Shown here: one piece after another, positions 1 to 9,588 of the stretch
How the letters are laid out: every line of letters begins with the position of its first letter
How positions within the stretch are numbered: the stretch's first letter is position 1
Program-made: the position numbers and the translations under genes
Notes under the pieces: generated by a model
Database searches by the model: none
The model's input: only the letters and a program-made list of their open reading frames with translations
What the model was told of the DNA's origin: nothing
DNA from: Candidatus Methanosuratincola verstraetei
Lineage (GTDB): Archaea; Thermoproteota; Methanomethylicia; Methanomethylicales; Methanomethylicaceae
DNA length: 64,000 bases
Direction: 5' to 3'
Assembly: GCA_049570475.1 (NCBI GenBank)
Contig: CP186953.1
Span: forward strand, 768,001 to 832,000

Positions 1-390
1 ATTTGTTTCCATTGCGTCCTCAAAAGAAAAACGCACCCCATCTTTGGGGCACACGAAGAATACATTGCTCGTCTCGTATTGGAGGCGTTCCTTCAGTTTA
101 TTAAGCACCTTCCTCTTCTTTGAGTTTAGTAAAATATTGAGGCCGGTCCTATTTACCCGCCAATAATACTTGAACCACCCCGCCTCCTTGTCCCTGACGC
201 GCCTGTATGATACGAGGTTCTGCTCGAAAAGCTGATAAAGCAATTTTCTCAAGTTGTTTAACTTCATTCCTGTTTTTGCAATCAATTCATCATCTGTGGT
301 CTCTTCCTGTTCCGTCAATAACAAAATAAGCTGCACTGCCTCATCGCCAACCAGCTCCTTCACAATCATTGCCAACGCCTCATTAGCCAT
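1..390 (-). CDS. tfe: Transcription factor E alpha (TFE), 3' end outside window
   Basis: Manual translation MANEALAMIVKELVGDEAV...TTDDELIAKTGMKLNNLRKLLYQL...RRVRDKEAGWFKYYW...FFVCPKDGVRFSFEDAME matches the TFE winged helix plus Zn ribbon; not in ORF track. Confidence 0.93.
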   Translation of the reverse strand, partial: MANEALAMIVKELVGDEAVQLILLLTEQEETTDDELIAKTGMKLNNLRKLLYQLFEQNLVSYRRVRDKEAGWFKYYWRVNRTGLNILLNSKKRKVLNKLKERLQYETSNVFFVCPKDGVRFSFEDAMETN

Positions 391-462
391 CAAAGATCAC
401 CAGACCACAGCGTGCAGCATATTACATGTTAAGGAATGTTCTGAAAAAGCTTTCTTATTACA

Positions 463-990
463 TCAGTACTGTTCGACATTTTTACCCCTTTCCGAGGGGA
501 CGATTCGAAGTCTTGCGTTTTTGAAGGGCATGCCCTCCCAAGCACCGCCGGTCATCCTGTCGAGGAATATTGCCAATGCAGCAACTTCAGAATGAGGCTG
601 GTTACCGATTGCAACATTGAAATCTGCCTTTTCATAATACTGAGCCGGAACCTTCTCTCCGCCTACAATCACGAGCAGATCTCTATCGGATGGTATCATA
701 TCCTTAACCTGTTTAACCGGGATTCCATACATTGTGAGATGCGCAACAACACCTCCCGAAGCTTTCCATTTATCTAGAACTTTCATAGGACTGCCGACGA
801 ATTCTACCCAGAAGTCCCCGCCCCAAGCATCCATCACTTTCTGTATGGTGGAGTGTATGGATTCATCCCTCACGCCCGATATGAAAACACCTTCGGCGCC
901 AAATGCCCTTGCAACTAAGCAGACATGCGTAGTTATGCGCTTGTCTCTAGATGGTCTGTGCCCAAGTCTCAAAACTGCAATCCTTGGCAA
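463..990 (-). CDS. trm56: tRNA (cytidine56-2'-O)-methyltransferase, SPOUT family
   Basis: VLRLGHRPSRDKRITTHVCLVARAFGA, HLTMYG, VGGEKVP, NQPHSEVAALA motifs; TTG start at 990 inferred. Confidence 0.93.
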   Translation of the reverse strand: MPRIAVLRLGHRPSRDKRITTHVCLVARAFGAEGVFISGVRDESIHSTIQKVMDAWGGDFWVEFVGSPMKVLDKWKASGGVVAHLTMYGIPVKQVKDMIPSDRDLLVIVGGEKVPAQYYEKADFNVAIGNQPHSEVAALAIFLDRMTGGAWEGMPFKNARLRIVPSERGKNVEQY

Positions 991-1021
991 ATCAAACAGC
1001 ACCCAATCGTCGATGCTTTTA

Positions 1022-1510
1022 TCAAGATTTGCTATCCTTGAGGATGGCCACATCTCCCAAGGTAACGCCAGTGATCGGCGGTGTTGAGCCGGTTTCTGCA
1101 CGATCAATGGCAGCCTGCAGTTTAATTTTGAGAAGGCGCTCTAGTTTTACCGTGAGCTCTGCGGTAGGGTACATCTCTCCTGACTCGATCCTCCTTATCA
1201 CAGATTCTTTTTCTCCAAGCCTCTTGGCAAGCTCTTCACGGCTAATCTTTGCATTTTCCCTGGCTTTTCTTATAAGCTCGCCATAATTCTCAACCAATAT
1301 GAACTCTTCGAACCTGTCTTTCTTTTGAGGCTTGACAGCGAGTTTCCTTGAGCCAGGTTTAGGACTAGCGCTCTCAAGTTTCTTTGCTGTCGTTCGGTCT
1401 ATCTTTGTCCCAAATTTTGAGCAGTCTTTGCATACCAACAAAACCGACTGCTCGATAGAGACCCTGGCGGGAAAGCCAACGATCTTCTTTCCGCATATTT
1501 CACAATTCAT
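1022..1510 (-). CDS. mbf1: Multiprotein bridging factor aMBF1 (Zn ribbon + HTH)
   Basis: MNCEICG...VCKDC, HTH SREELAKRLGEKESVIRRIESG, C-terminal TLGD; sits beside pan. Confidence 0.92.
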   Translation of the reverse strand: MNCEICGKKIVGFPARVSIEQSVLLVCKDCSKFGTKIDRTTAKKLESASPKPGSRKLAVKPQKKDRFEEFILVENYGELIRKARENAKISREELAKRLGEKESVIRRIESGEMYPTAELTVKLERLLKIKLQAAIDRAETGSTPPITGVTLGDVAILKDSKS

Positions 1511-1579
1511 AAAAGTCACTGTTCTGAATCTTATGCTGTAGAACGTAAATCTAAATTTATCCCTAGTGGGCGTAGTGAC

Positions 1580-2767
1580 ATGGCTGAAAATATTAGTTTC
1601 AAGGATGATAGTACGTACCTCTTGATGCAGATAAAGAAGCTGGAGCAGCGTACCCAAGAGCTTGAGGCCGAGAAGAGGGACTGGTTCTTCGAAAGGGAAA
1701 GGCTCCAGAGAGAGGTGCAAGTTCTCAGGGCCGAGATAGAGAAGTTGACCGTCCCGCCTTACGTAGAAGGCTATATCACAGATTTGCTTCCAGACGGAAG
1801 GGCAGTCGTAAAGAGCTCAACTGGGCCATCACTTGTCGTGAATATCATGAGGACAGTGGAGAGCTCAAAGCTGGCACCGGGGAAGAGGGTGTCTTTGAGC
1901 CAAAGGAACTTTGCGGTAATTGAAGTTTTGCCAGACACTCTAGACTCATACGTCCAAGTGATGGAAGTGTTGGAAACGCCCAAGGTGAGTTACTCAGAGA
2001 TCGGCGGTCTTGACGAACAGATAAATGAACTTAGAGAGCTCATAGAGCTGCCTCTACTCAAACCCGATATTTTTGAGAAGGTTGGAATAGAACCACCAAA
2101 AGGCGTTCTGCTCCACGGTCCACCCGGGTGCGGTAAGACGCTCATGGCTAAGGCAGTAGCTAGCGAAACGAAAGCCAGGTTCATAAAGGTAGTCGCCTCT
2201 GAGCTGGTTCAGAAATATATAGGCGAAGGAGCAAGGATGGTGCGCGAGCTTTTCCAGATGGCGAGGAGCAAGGCCCCAAGCATAGTATTCATTGACGAAA
2301 TTGACGCAATTGGAGGCAGAAGAGCCGACATCAACATCAGTGGCGAAAGGGAAGTGCAGAGAACCCTTTTACAGCTGCTTAGCGAGCTTGATGGATTTAG
2401 CCCCAGAGGGGACGTCAAAATAATAGGTGCCACAAACAGGATTGATTTGCTCGATCCAGCATTGCTTAGACCCGGCAGATTCGACAGAATTATTGAGATA
2501 CCCCCGCCAGATGCAAAGGGCAGAGAGGCGATCTTCAAGATCCACCTTAAGAGAATGAATGTCTCGGAAGAGGTGGACGCAAAGCAACTTTCCTTACTTA
2601 CCCAAGGAGCGACAGGTGCCTCGATAAAGGCAATTTGCACGGAAGCAGGCCTATTTGCAATCAGAAGTTGCAGAGATCATATAACCATGGAGGACTTCGC
2701 CAAAGCGATAAAGAAGATCCTTAGGAAAGAGGATGTTAAGGATGCACCCAGCGGCACCTACCTCTGA
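1580..2767 (+). CDS. pan: Proteasome-activating nucleotidase
   Basis: N-terminal coiled coil, OB fold, Walker A GPPGCGKT, Walker B VFIDEID, SRH LLRPGRFDR. Confidence 0.96.
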   Translation: MAENISFKDDSTYLLMQIKKLEQRTQELEAEKRDWFFERERLQREVQVLRAEIEKLTVPPYVEGYITDLLPDGRAVVKSSTGPSLVVNIMRTVESSKLAPGKRVSLSQRNFAVIEVLPDTLDSYVQVMEVLETPKVSYSEIGGLDEQINELRELIELPLLKPDIFEKVGIEPPKGVLLHGPPGCGKTLMAKAVASETKARFIKVVASELVQKYIGEGARMVRELFQMARSKAPSIVFIDEIDAIGGRRADINISGEREVQRTLLQLLSELDGFSPRGDVKIIGATNRIDLLDPALLRPGRFDRIIEIPPPDAKGREAIFKIHLKRMNVSEEVDAKQLSLLTQGATGASIKAICTEAGLFAIRSCRDHITMEDFAKAIKKILRKEDVKDAPSGTYL

Positions 2768-3242
2768 CAAAACCACACCAGAAGAGCTGATCAGGCTTAG
2801 GGCAGTGGCGGATTATCAATTCGGCAGAGGAGCGGGGAAAGCGCTTTTTCCAGACGAGATAAGAGTGGTAAGGTCTAAAAAAACAGGAAAAATAAAAGGA
2901 ATATTCCTGAATGACGAGCATCTTGCCACGCTAAAGCCCTCCGACGGCTATCTTGCTTTGAGTGTACCAGGAGGAAACAGATTGCTTCAAGCCTTCCAGC
3001 CGCCAAGACACAGAGTAATGATCATGGACGAAGTTGCAGAGTTCATCAAAAATGGAAGAAACCTATTTGCCAAACACGTAGTGGAAGCGGATTTGAAGAT
3101 AAGAGCGGGGGAAGAAGTCATAATAACCGATACAAGAGGTGACCTATTGGCAGTTGGCAAGGCTGTGATGAGCGGCAAGGAGATGAAACATTTTAAAAAA
3201 GGGATAGCCGTAAATGTAAGGAGAGGAACCTGCGACGAGTGA
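2733..3242 (+). CDS. PUA-domain RNA-binding protein (resembles C-terminal part of archaeosine TGT)
   Basis: LRAVADYQFGRGAG N-terminus and PUA motif GRNLFAKHVVEAD...LLAVGKA...GIAVNVRRG. Confidence 0.85.
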   Translation: MLRMHPAAPTSDKTTPEELIRLRAVADYQFGRGAGKALFPDEIRVVRSKKTGKIKGIFLNDEHLATLKPSDGYLALSVPGGNRLLQAFQPPRHRVMIMDEVAEFIKNGRNLFAKHVVEADLKIRAGEEVIITDTRGDLLAVGKAVMSGKEMKHFKKGIAVNVRRGTCDE

Positions 3243-3248
3243 TTCACT

Positions 3249-3599
3249 ATGAAACGAATGAGCCCCCGGGAAATGAGGAGAATGATGCAAAAGATGGGGA
3301 TGGGGATCGAAGAAATGCCAGGAGTTCTCAAGGTCACCATTCATTTCAAAGACAAAAACCTGGTAATTCCTGATCCCCAAGTAACGCAAATGAAAGTTAG
3401 CGGGCAGACAATATACCAGATAGTCGGGGAGGCAGTCGAAGAAAAGACTGAAGAGAGGGCGAAGGTAGAGATATCAGAGGATGATGCCCAGCTTGTTTCA
3501 GCTCAGACTGGTGCATCCCTTGAAGAAGCCAAGAAGGCACTAGAGTCCACAAATGGGGATCTCGCCCAAGCCATAATGCTCCTCTCGTCTAAAGCATAA
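3249..3599 (+). CDS. nac: Nascent polypeptide-associated complex protein
   Basis: PREMRRMMQKMG N-terminus, NAC beta domain, UBA-like tail GDLAQAIM. Confidence 0.95.
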   Translation: MKRMSPREMRRMMQKMGMGIEEMPGVLKVTIHFKDKNLVIPDPQVTQMKVSGQTIYQIVGEAVEEKTEERAKVEISEDDAQLVSAQTGASLEEAKKALESTNGDLAQAIMLLSSKA

Positions 3600-5862
3600 A
3601 ACGCTGGGTTTCCATAGCGAACATCCTTTCACTGTTGCCCCATTTTCTTGAAGGCAGATATTTTCCGTAAACGCGCGTGTATTTGAGGAGGCGATCTCCA
3701 GAATGAGAACATCGGGGGCACCTATCCTGAAAACCAGCTGAAATGTTGCCGCATTTGCCGCAATACATATAGTCCCTTGTAAAGCCGAAGGCCCCAATTT
3801 CTGCGGTCTCTGATATCCTTTTTACGTGGTTGCAGATCATCTCTGATGTAGGGAATGGCTCCTCTAGTCGGATATTGAAGAAGTGCCCGCCAAGTGTCAA
3901 TTTTTGGAAAAGCTCCTCAACCTGAAGCCTCTTCTTCAGCGGAACCGGCCTGGTAAGCGGAAGCACAGAGTGCTCTGTGTAAGGAAGGACAGATTTGCCC
4001 TCGACCAAGCCGCTTGAAATGTCAAGATTAGTTAATCTCTGAGCGGCTGGCTCGAATGTAATGTATGATGGGAGGATTCGGATCGACGGTGCAGATTCCT
4101 TACAGAAATCCCTGATTGTTTCGACAATTCTTATCGAGAGTTTGAGCGCTTCAGCATTCTCAGAAGGATCGAGTCCTGTGTGGTATTGCACAGCTTCAGG
4201 GAGACCGATGAAGCTCACTATCCCTGCCGACTCGTCCACCCGATAGTATGGCGTCCCAGAAAGCTGTTCTTGGAAAAGGGGAAGGAGCTTGTCCTTCATC
4301 CTGTTGTGGATCACTTGCCTCTTGATCATCAATGCTTCCTTTGATAGCTCCACTAGTTCCCTCAATCTTTCCATGAGCCTATCGTCGTTGCCTTTTGCGG
4401 CATAGGCAATCCTTGGGAGGTTGATCGTTATGTTGTCCAATATGCCGCACCGTATTGTTCCAAGCTCCCAGTCCTTCCAGCTGGAATCCAGCCGGGAAAG
4501 ATCGGCGTTGTATGACGCGTTTTCGGTTTGCCATTCATGGATCTGGTTGATGTAGTAAACAGTCCCCCATTTTTGGGTAACTATGCTTGCCTTGGAGATA
4601 GACTCAAGCCCAGAATCAGTAACAAGCGCTTTCCTGCTAATTTTTAGAAAGAGGGCAGGGTTCAAGAAAACCTTTCCCGCCCCATCTGGATCGCTCATGA
4701 CCTCCATCAAGAGCTTTAGTAAACGGACAGAATCATCGCTAAAATCGCCATACCTCAAAGAAGAGCCCTTATCGATGGGCAAGCTAGCCAAGAAGTCAGG
4801 TATAGAGGTTTCTAGCTGAACCCCTACAGAAACATTTGAACCGTTAATGACCGCGTTGAGAGCATACACAAAATCCCTTAGTTCAGAACGGATTTCATCA
4901 TCGCCCATCCCTGAAACGAACGGGGAAAGAAAGACGTTGAAGAAGGGCAACGTCTGGGCGTTGGACACGAGCCCAGAGGAGGTCTTGATGAGGCAAAGTG
5001 TAGCATACAACGCACCTCTCAGGCTTTTGGGCGCATAATGCGAGGGGGCGGTCAGACCCGTACCGTCGGGAGGCAACTCGCCATTTAAGAATTGGCGAAG
5101 GTCATGCTGTACATCAGCAGGTCGCAAAACCCAGTAGTTCGCATTGTTGATGTGGATTGCACCGCTGAGGTGCGCATCCGCAATGGTCCTTGGAAGCACC
5201 TTAAGCAACATGTACTCCTCGTAAACCGCATCGCCTGCAAGCGAGTGGACCTCGTTTGGAGAGGATAGGCCTTTGTAGGCTGCGTTCTCTATGGTTAGAG
5301 TAACGTCATAGACAGGCTGCCCGAGACGGGTCAAAGAATGCCTATACTCCTCCAAGCCCTTCTCTAGCAAGATTGCGTTGACGAATTCCCTGATGAGGGC
5401 GGCCGTCAAGTATCTTATCTGTAATTTCTTAAGCCTCTCCTCAGCCTCTTTTGAGATCGACTCTGCCAGTTTCCTTGGTACGTTTGCCTCCCTGATTAAC
5501 GCCTGGATTATCTTTTTCCTATCGAACGGCTCTATAGTCAAACTCGAGGTCCTTACTTGCATCTCTCCTTTCTTCCTTCTTACAGCATCCTCCACCCCGT
5601 AAACGAAGTTAGCCACATCTTGTCCGAGGAGTGTCAAGTAGTACTTTCCTGTTGCTTCGTCCGAGGCGACCAGCTCTGAGTCGATAAGAGTCCTGAGGTG
5701 GTACCCGAACTTTCCGGCGTCGCTCTTCGGGTTCATATTTAGGCGTTCCATAATCTCCGTGAAAGAAAGCGGACCGGCTATGCTTATCATCTTTAGCACC
5801 TCGGCCCGTATCTCGTTAGAAAGGGCCGATAAAATGGAATCCATGAGCCGTTCTGAAGACAA
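3589..5862 (-). CDS. ArsR-type wHTH + ATP-cone + class III ribonucleotide reductase (NrdD)-like protein, catalytic cysteines apparently missing
   Basis: wHTH in about aa 1-90; ATP-cone VRTSSLTIEPFDRKKI...LIREFVN; NrdD-like AHLSGAIH, TINLPRIA, GGHFFNI, C-terminal CxxC...CxxC. Confidence 0.85.
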   Translation of the reverse strand: MSSERLMDSILSALSNEIRAEVLKMISIAGPLSFTEIMERLNMNPKSDAGKFGYHLRTLIDSELVASDEATGKYYLTLLGQDVANFVYGVEDAVRRKKGEMQVRTSSLTIEPFDRKKIIQALIREANVPRKLAESISKEAEERLKKLQIRYLTAALIREFVNAILLEKGLEEYRHSLTRLGQPVYDVTLTIENAAYKGLSSPNEVHSLAGDAVYEEYMLLKVLPRTIADAHLSGAIHINNANYWVLRPADVQHDLRQFLNGELPPDGTGLTAPSHYAPKSLRGALYATLCLIKTSSGLVSNAQTLPFFNVFLSPFVSGMGDDEIRSELRDFVYALNAVINGSNVSVGVQLETSIPDFLASLPIDKGSSLRYGDFSDDSVRLLKLLMEVMSDPDGAGKVFLNPALFLKISRKALVTDSGLESISKASIVTQKWGTVYYINQIHEWQTENASYNADLSRLDSSWKDWELGTIRCGILDNITINLPRIAYAAKGNDDRLMERLRELVELSKEALMIKRQVIHNRMKDKLLPLFQEQLSGTPYYRVDESAGIVSFIGLPEAVQYHTGLDPSENAEALKLSIRIVETIRDFCKESAPSIRILPSYITFEPAAQRLTNLDISSGLVEGKSVLPYTEHSVLPLTRPVPLKKRLQVEELFQKLTLGGHFFNIRLEEPFPTSEMICNHVKRISETAEIGAFGFTRDYMYCGKCGNISAGFQDRCPRCSHSGDRLLKYTRVYGKYLPSRKWGNSERMFAMETQRFML

Positions 5863-5911
5863 GCCGTCACACCTGATTAACAGACATCGAGGATGTAAAA
5901 AAAGATGTAGG

Positions 5912-6307
5912 TCATTTGACTACAGGTCTGAATTTGATTGCGTATTGTATTATTCCAGAGTCCCCGTCTTCGACGACCTTCCTGAAGGCGGCTTCTACCT
6001 CCATGCCAACACTAACGTCCTCCGGCTCTACGTCAGTCAATTGAGAGGTGATGATGGTCCCGTCCTCGAGCCTCACGACGCCGATAATATACGGCGGCAT
6101 TTTTTCGAAGCCTTTTGGCGGATTCCTAACGATTGTGAAGGTGACCAGCCGCCCCTTTTCTGGCAGTCTATAATTCTCGAAGTTGCTCGAGCCGCACTTT
6201 CCACAGCGTGCCCTAGGGGGATAGGCAACTGTTCCGCATTCAGAACATTTCACTGTCTCGAGTCGAGTGCGCCTTGGGATCTCTCTCCAGTACCTTGGCA
6301 CCGACAT
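5912..6307 (-). CDS. DUF35 Zn-ribbon/OB-fold scaffold of the thiolase-HMG-CoA synthase complex
   Basis: CSECG...PPRARCGKC plus OB fold; directly downstream of thiolase. Confidence 0.92.
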   Translation of the reverse strand: MSVPRYWREIPRRTRLETVKCSECGTVAYPPRARCGKCGSSNFENYRLPEKGRLVTFTIVRNPPKGFEKMPPYIIGVVRLEDGTIITSQLTDVEPEDVSVGMEVEAAFRKVVEDGDSGIIQYAIKFRPVVK

Positions 6308-6308
6308 T

Positions 6309-7463
6309 TTAGACCCTCCTGAGGACCGTGACGTATGTGCTCGATCCTGAGCCGCCTATATTCTGTGCAAGGCCTATCGATGCGTCTGGGACTTGCATTT
6401 TACCTGCCCTTCCTGTCAACTGTAAAAATAACTCCGCAATCTGATAGGCACCAGTGGCCCCCACAGGGTGCCCCCTGGACTTCAACCCCCCGCTCGGGTT
6501 CACCGCAACCACGCCGCCAGGTTCAAAAGCGCCATTCATCATCATTTTGTGGAATTTGCCCCTCTCACAGAAACCAAGATCCTCCAAAGAAAGTACGCCG
6601 GTAATGGTGAAGGCGTCATGGATCTCAGCCACATCAATATCCACAGGCGAGATGTGCGCCATCCTATATGCGCGGTCGGCCGCAGTAACAGTCGATCTAA
6701 ATGACAAAAGACTCTCTCTCGAGGCTATGTTGATTGTGTCCGTTGCGCCAGAGATGCCTGCGACTTCGACAAAATCATCTGAGTATTTTTTGGCGTCTTC
6801 AAGAGGGCACAAAATCAACGCAGCCGCCCCGTCTCCGACAGGGGCACAATCAAAGAGGGTTATCGGGTCCGAGATCATATCGGAATTGAGGACAGTTTCG
6901 CGTTTTATCTCAAAAGGCAACTGTGCGAAGGGGTTCCTTGATCCGTTTCTGTGCATCAAAACTGCAAAGTCAGCAAAAGCTTCTCTTGGAACACCATAAT
7001 GATCCATGTAGTAGCGCATTATCATCGCATTCAGGGAAACAAAGCTTGATCCGTAAAATAGCTCATACTCCGCATCAGCAGCCTTCCCTAACGAAAGTGT
7101 CGTATTTCCCCCTACCCCATCTGTCAACTTTTCGACCCCGCCAGTCATTACAACATCATACATGCCAGACGCGACTGCAGAGTAAGCAGCAAGGAAGGCT
7201 GCGCCGCCTGAGCCGCAGGCAGCCTCCACGCGATAAGCAGTATTGGGGACAAAACCGAGGTAATCGGCTAGGAGAGCGCCGATGTTGTTCTGATCCGATA
7301 GGTCTGACGCACACATGTTGCCAACTATCAGGCAGTCTATTGCAGGGGATCCGGTTTGGTTTAACGCAGCAATCCCGGCCTCTCCAAACAGCTCTTTGAG
7401 TGACTTCCTCCAATGTTTGTCAACTTTAGTCATCCCCGTTCCAATTATAGCTACTTTACGCAT
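6309..7463 (-). CDS. Acetoacetyl-CoA thiolase (archaeal type)
   Basis: VEAACGSGG, EIHDAFT, NPSGGLKSRGHPVGATG motifs. Confidence 0.95.
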   Translation of the reverse strand: MRKVAIIGTGMTKVDKHWRKSLKELFGEAGIAALNQTGSPAIDCLIVGNMCASDLSDQNNIGALLADYLGFVPNTAYRVEAACGSGGAAFLAAYSAVASGMYDVVMTGGVEKLTDGVGGNTTLSLGKAADAEYELFYGSSFVSLNAMIMRYYMDHYGVPREAFADFAVLMHRNGSRNPFAQLPFEIKRETVLNSDMISDPITLFDCAPVGDGAAALILCPLEDAKKYSDDFVEVAGISGATDTINIASRESLLSFRSTVTAADRAYRMAHISPVDIDVAEIHDAFTITGVLSLEDLGFCERGKFHKMMMNGAFEPGGVVAVNPSGGLKSRGHPVGATGAYQIAELFLQLTGRAGKMQVPDASIGLAQNIGGSGSSTYVTVLRRV

Positions 7464-7477
7464 TGTTAGACCTCCTC

Positions 7478-8542
7478 CTACATGACGATCTTACGCCTCA
7501 TCTTGGCATAGATCGCATATTCGAGGTTCTTCTTACGACTTATGTAATCGATAATCCTTGGAGCTTTATCACGTTTGGAAACAATTCCCTCGCATACAGT
7601 GAAGCTAAACGCATCGCTACCTGCACCGGAGCCGAAACTCGCCAAGAAGATACGCTCGCCTGGCTTCGCTACATCGAGGACTGCTGATAGACCTGTCACT
7701 GAAGAACCCGCGTAGAGATTTCCGATATATGGGACTAAAAAGCCGGCCTCTATCTGTTCTTTTTTGAATCCCAGAATCTTGGCAGCCCTTATTGGAAACT
7801 TGCCGTTGGGCTGATGGAAAACAGCATAAGTGAAATCCTCCGGTCGTAGGGACAGCTCTTCCATCAACAACTTTCCAGCAGAAATTACGTGGTGGAAATA
7901 GGCTGGCTCTCCGGTGAAGGCCTCTGCATGAGACGGATAGTCTTTTTTTGGTCGCCTCCAGAAATCGGGAGTGTCAGTTACAAAGGAGACTGACGCCTCT
8001 AATTTGGCAACCGGGTCGGTCACTCTATCGCCGCGCCCCATGATTATGGCAGTACCCCCGCAACCGGCAGAGAATTCCAATGCGTCTGCAGGAGCGCCCT
8101 GCGCAGTGTCCGCTCCAATAGCCATTCCATAATTTATCATTCCAGAACCCACTAAGCCGATGCAGCATTGGAGGGCCTCGGTTCCTGCCTTGCAGGCAAA
8201 TTCAAGATCTGCTGAAAGGAGTCTGGGGGTGGCGCCTATTGCCTCAGCGACAATTGTGCCAGTAGGCTTAACGGCATATGGCTTCGATTCAGAGCCTACA
8301 AATATAGCCCCCAATTCATTGGGCGCGACTCCAGCCCTCCTTACGGCGTTCTTTGCAGCCTCTACAGCTATTGTAGCAACATCTTCATCCAGTCCGGCAA
8401 CCGCTTTCTCATCGATAAGAAGATCTTCCTTGAAGTGCTTGGCGGACTTCCCCCATACCTTCGCGATCTCTTCTGCTGCTACTCGATATCTAGGTATGTA
8501 GGATCCCCATCCGGTTATGACAGCGTCTATGACTGGGCGCAT
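7478..8542 (-). CDS. Hydroxymethylglutaryl-CoA synthase
   Basis: [46 protein letters not shown]. Confidence 0.96.
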   Translation of the reverse strand: MRPVIDAVITGWGSYIPRYRVAAEEIAKVWGKSAKHFKEDLLIDEKAVAGLDEDVATIAVEAAKNAVRRAGVAPNELGAIFVGSESKPYAVKPTGTIVAEAIGATPRLLSADLEFACKAGTEALQCCIGLVGSGMINYGMAIGADTAQGAPADALEFSAGCGGTAIIMGRGDRVTDPVAKLEASVSFVTDTPDFWRRPKKDYPSHAEAFTGEPAYFHHVISAGKLLMEELSLRPEDFTYAVFHQPNGKFPIRAAKILGFKKEQIEAGFLVPYIGNLYAGSSVTGLSAVLDVAKPGERIFLASFGSGAGSDAFSFTVCEGIVSKRDKAPRIIDYISRKKNLEYAIYAKMRRKIVM

Positions 8543-8628
8543 AAGCTTCCACGTGCCTAGAACCTTTTTGCACTCAAGTATATTAGGACTTCGATTTTTG
8601 ACGCACTATAAAATCGACTTTTAACGAA

Positions 8629-9333
8629 TTATGAGCGGAGCAGGTGCAGCGACTTTACAAGCTCATCAACGCTGGCTTTCTTCGAAAGGATCAGAGGGAT
8701 GTCCTCCGCCTTCGCAAGGGCGACAGCAATCCTGTCAAGCCTTGTGACTCCATGAAGCACTATAGCAGCGGGTTTTAATGGAGTGACCCGGACGGCCACC
8801 ATAGGAGATCGCCCGGTAGAGGTCTTTGTAAATATGAGTGCCCTTTCAGCCGTGGATCCCATCAGCTGATAGAAATCTGCTCCGGACATCGAGAGAATGG
8901 CCTTTATGCTATCAACGACAGTGTAACCAAGGATTTTCTTTTCTGAATAGGCTTCGCATGCAAGGAACTCTCCGTCAATTGCTCTTGCGACTTCAGCCAA
9001 AGAGAAAGGCGATGGAAACTCATAGAGATCAAGGATTGCGTCGGAGGTCGTTTTCATGATTGAAGAAAATTGCCTCAGAATCCTGGACCCGTGCGCAGTA
9101 TCGATGTCGACCATCCCAGTTACAAACTTCTTTATGAAAGTCGCTCCAGGGGAGTGCCGCCTGCCCCCCTCGTAATCGCTAATCACCGAGGGGGAAATCC
9201 CCATTTTATCTGCGATCTCAAGCTGGGTGATTCCGAAGATCTCTCTCCAGCGTCGCATGATCTCCCCGGGCTCATTGGAGAGGATAATTTCGCCTATAAT
9301 CCGCTTCATAAGCAGCTCCTTGGCAGCTTCCAC
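8629..9333 (-). CDS. XRE-family HTH transcriptional regulator with C-terminal DRTGG-like domain
   Basis: WREIFGITQLEIADKMGISPSVISDYEGGRR HTH; GRSPMVAVRV motif; type commonly found beside archaeal HMG-CoA synthase. Confidence 0.85.
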   Translation of the reverse strand: MEAAKELLMKRIIGEIILSNEPGEIMRRWREIFGITQLEIADKMGISPSVISDYEGGRRHSPGATFIKKFVTGMVDIDTAHGSRILRQFSSIMKTTSDAILDLYEFPSPFSLAEVARAIDGEFLACEAYSEKKILGYTVVDSIKAILSMSGADFYQLMGSTAERALIFTKTSTGRSPMVAVRVTPLKPAAIVLHGVTRLDRIAVALAKAEDIPLILSKKASVDELVKSLHLLRS

Positions 9334-9425
9334 CCATTACACCGGCAGAAGATTTATGGCTGGAAGTAAAAAACTATTTCTATAAAAAAGTATAAAGAGG
9401 GCACGCTTTTCATTTATTTCCCTAA

Positions 9426-9503
9426 GGGGCTGTAGGCTAGCTTGGTCTAGACTGTCAGGCTCGGGCCCTGGTGACCCCGGTTCAAATCCGGGCAGCCCCA
9501 CCA
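9426..9503 (+). tRNA. tRNA-Pro(CGG)
   Basis: GGGGCTG/CAGCCCC acceptor stem, loop CT-CGG-GC, T arm CCCGG-TTCAAAT-CCGGG, encoded CCA. Confidence 0.96.
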
Positions 9504-9588
9504 AAAATCCTAGGAATAAAAAAAGAATTCTCCGAACTCCAAGGGAAGACCATGGAGCCGGCTATCATGAGACATAGACTCAAGGAAG

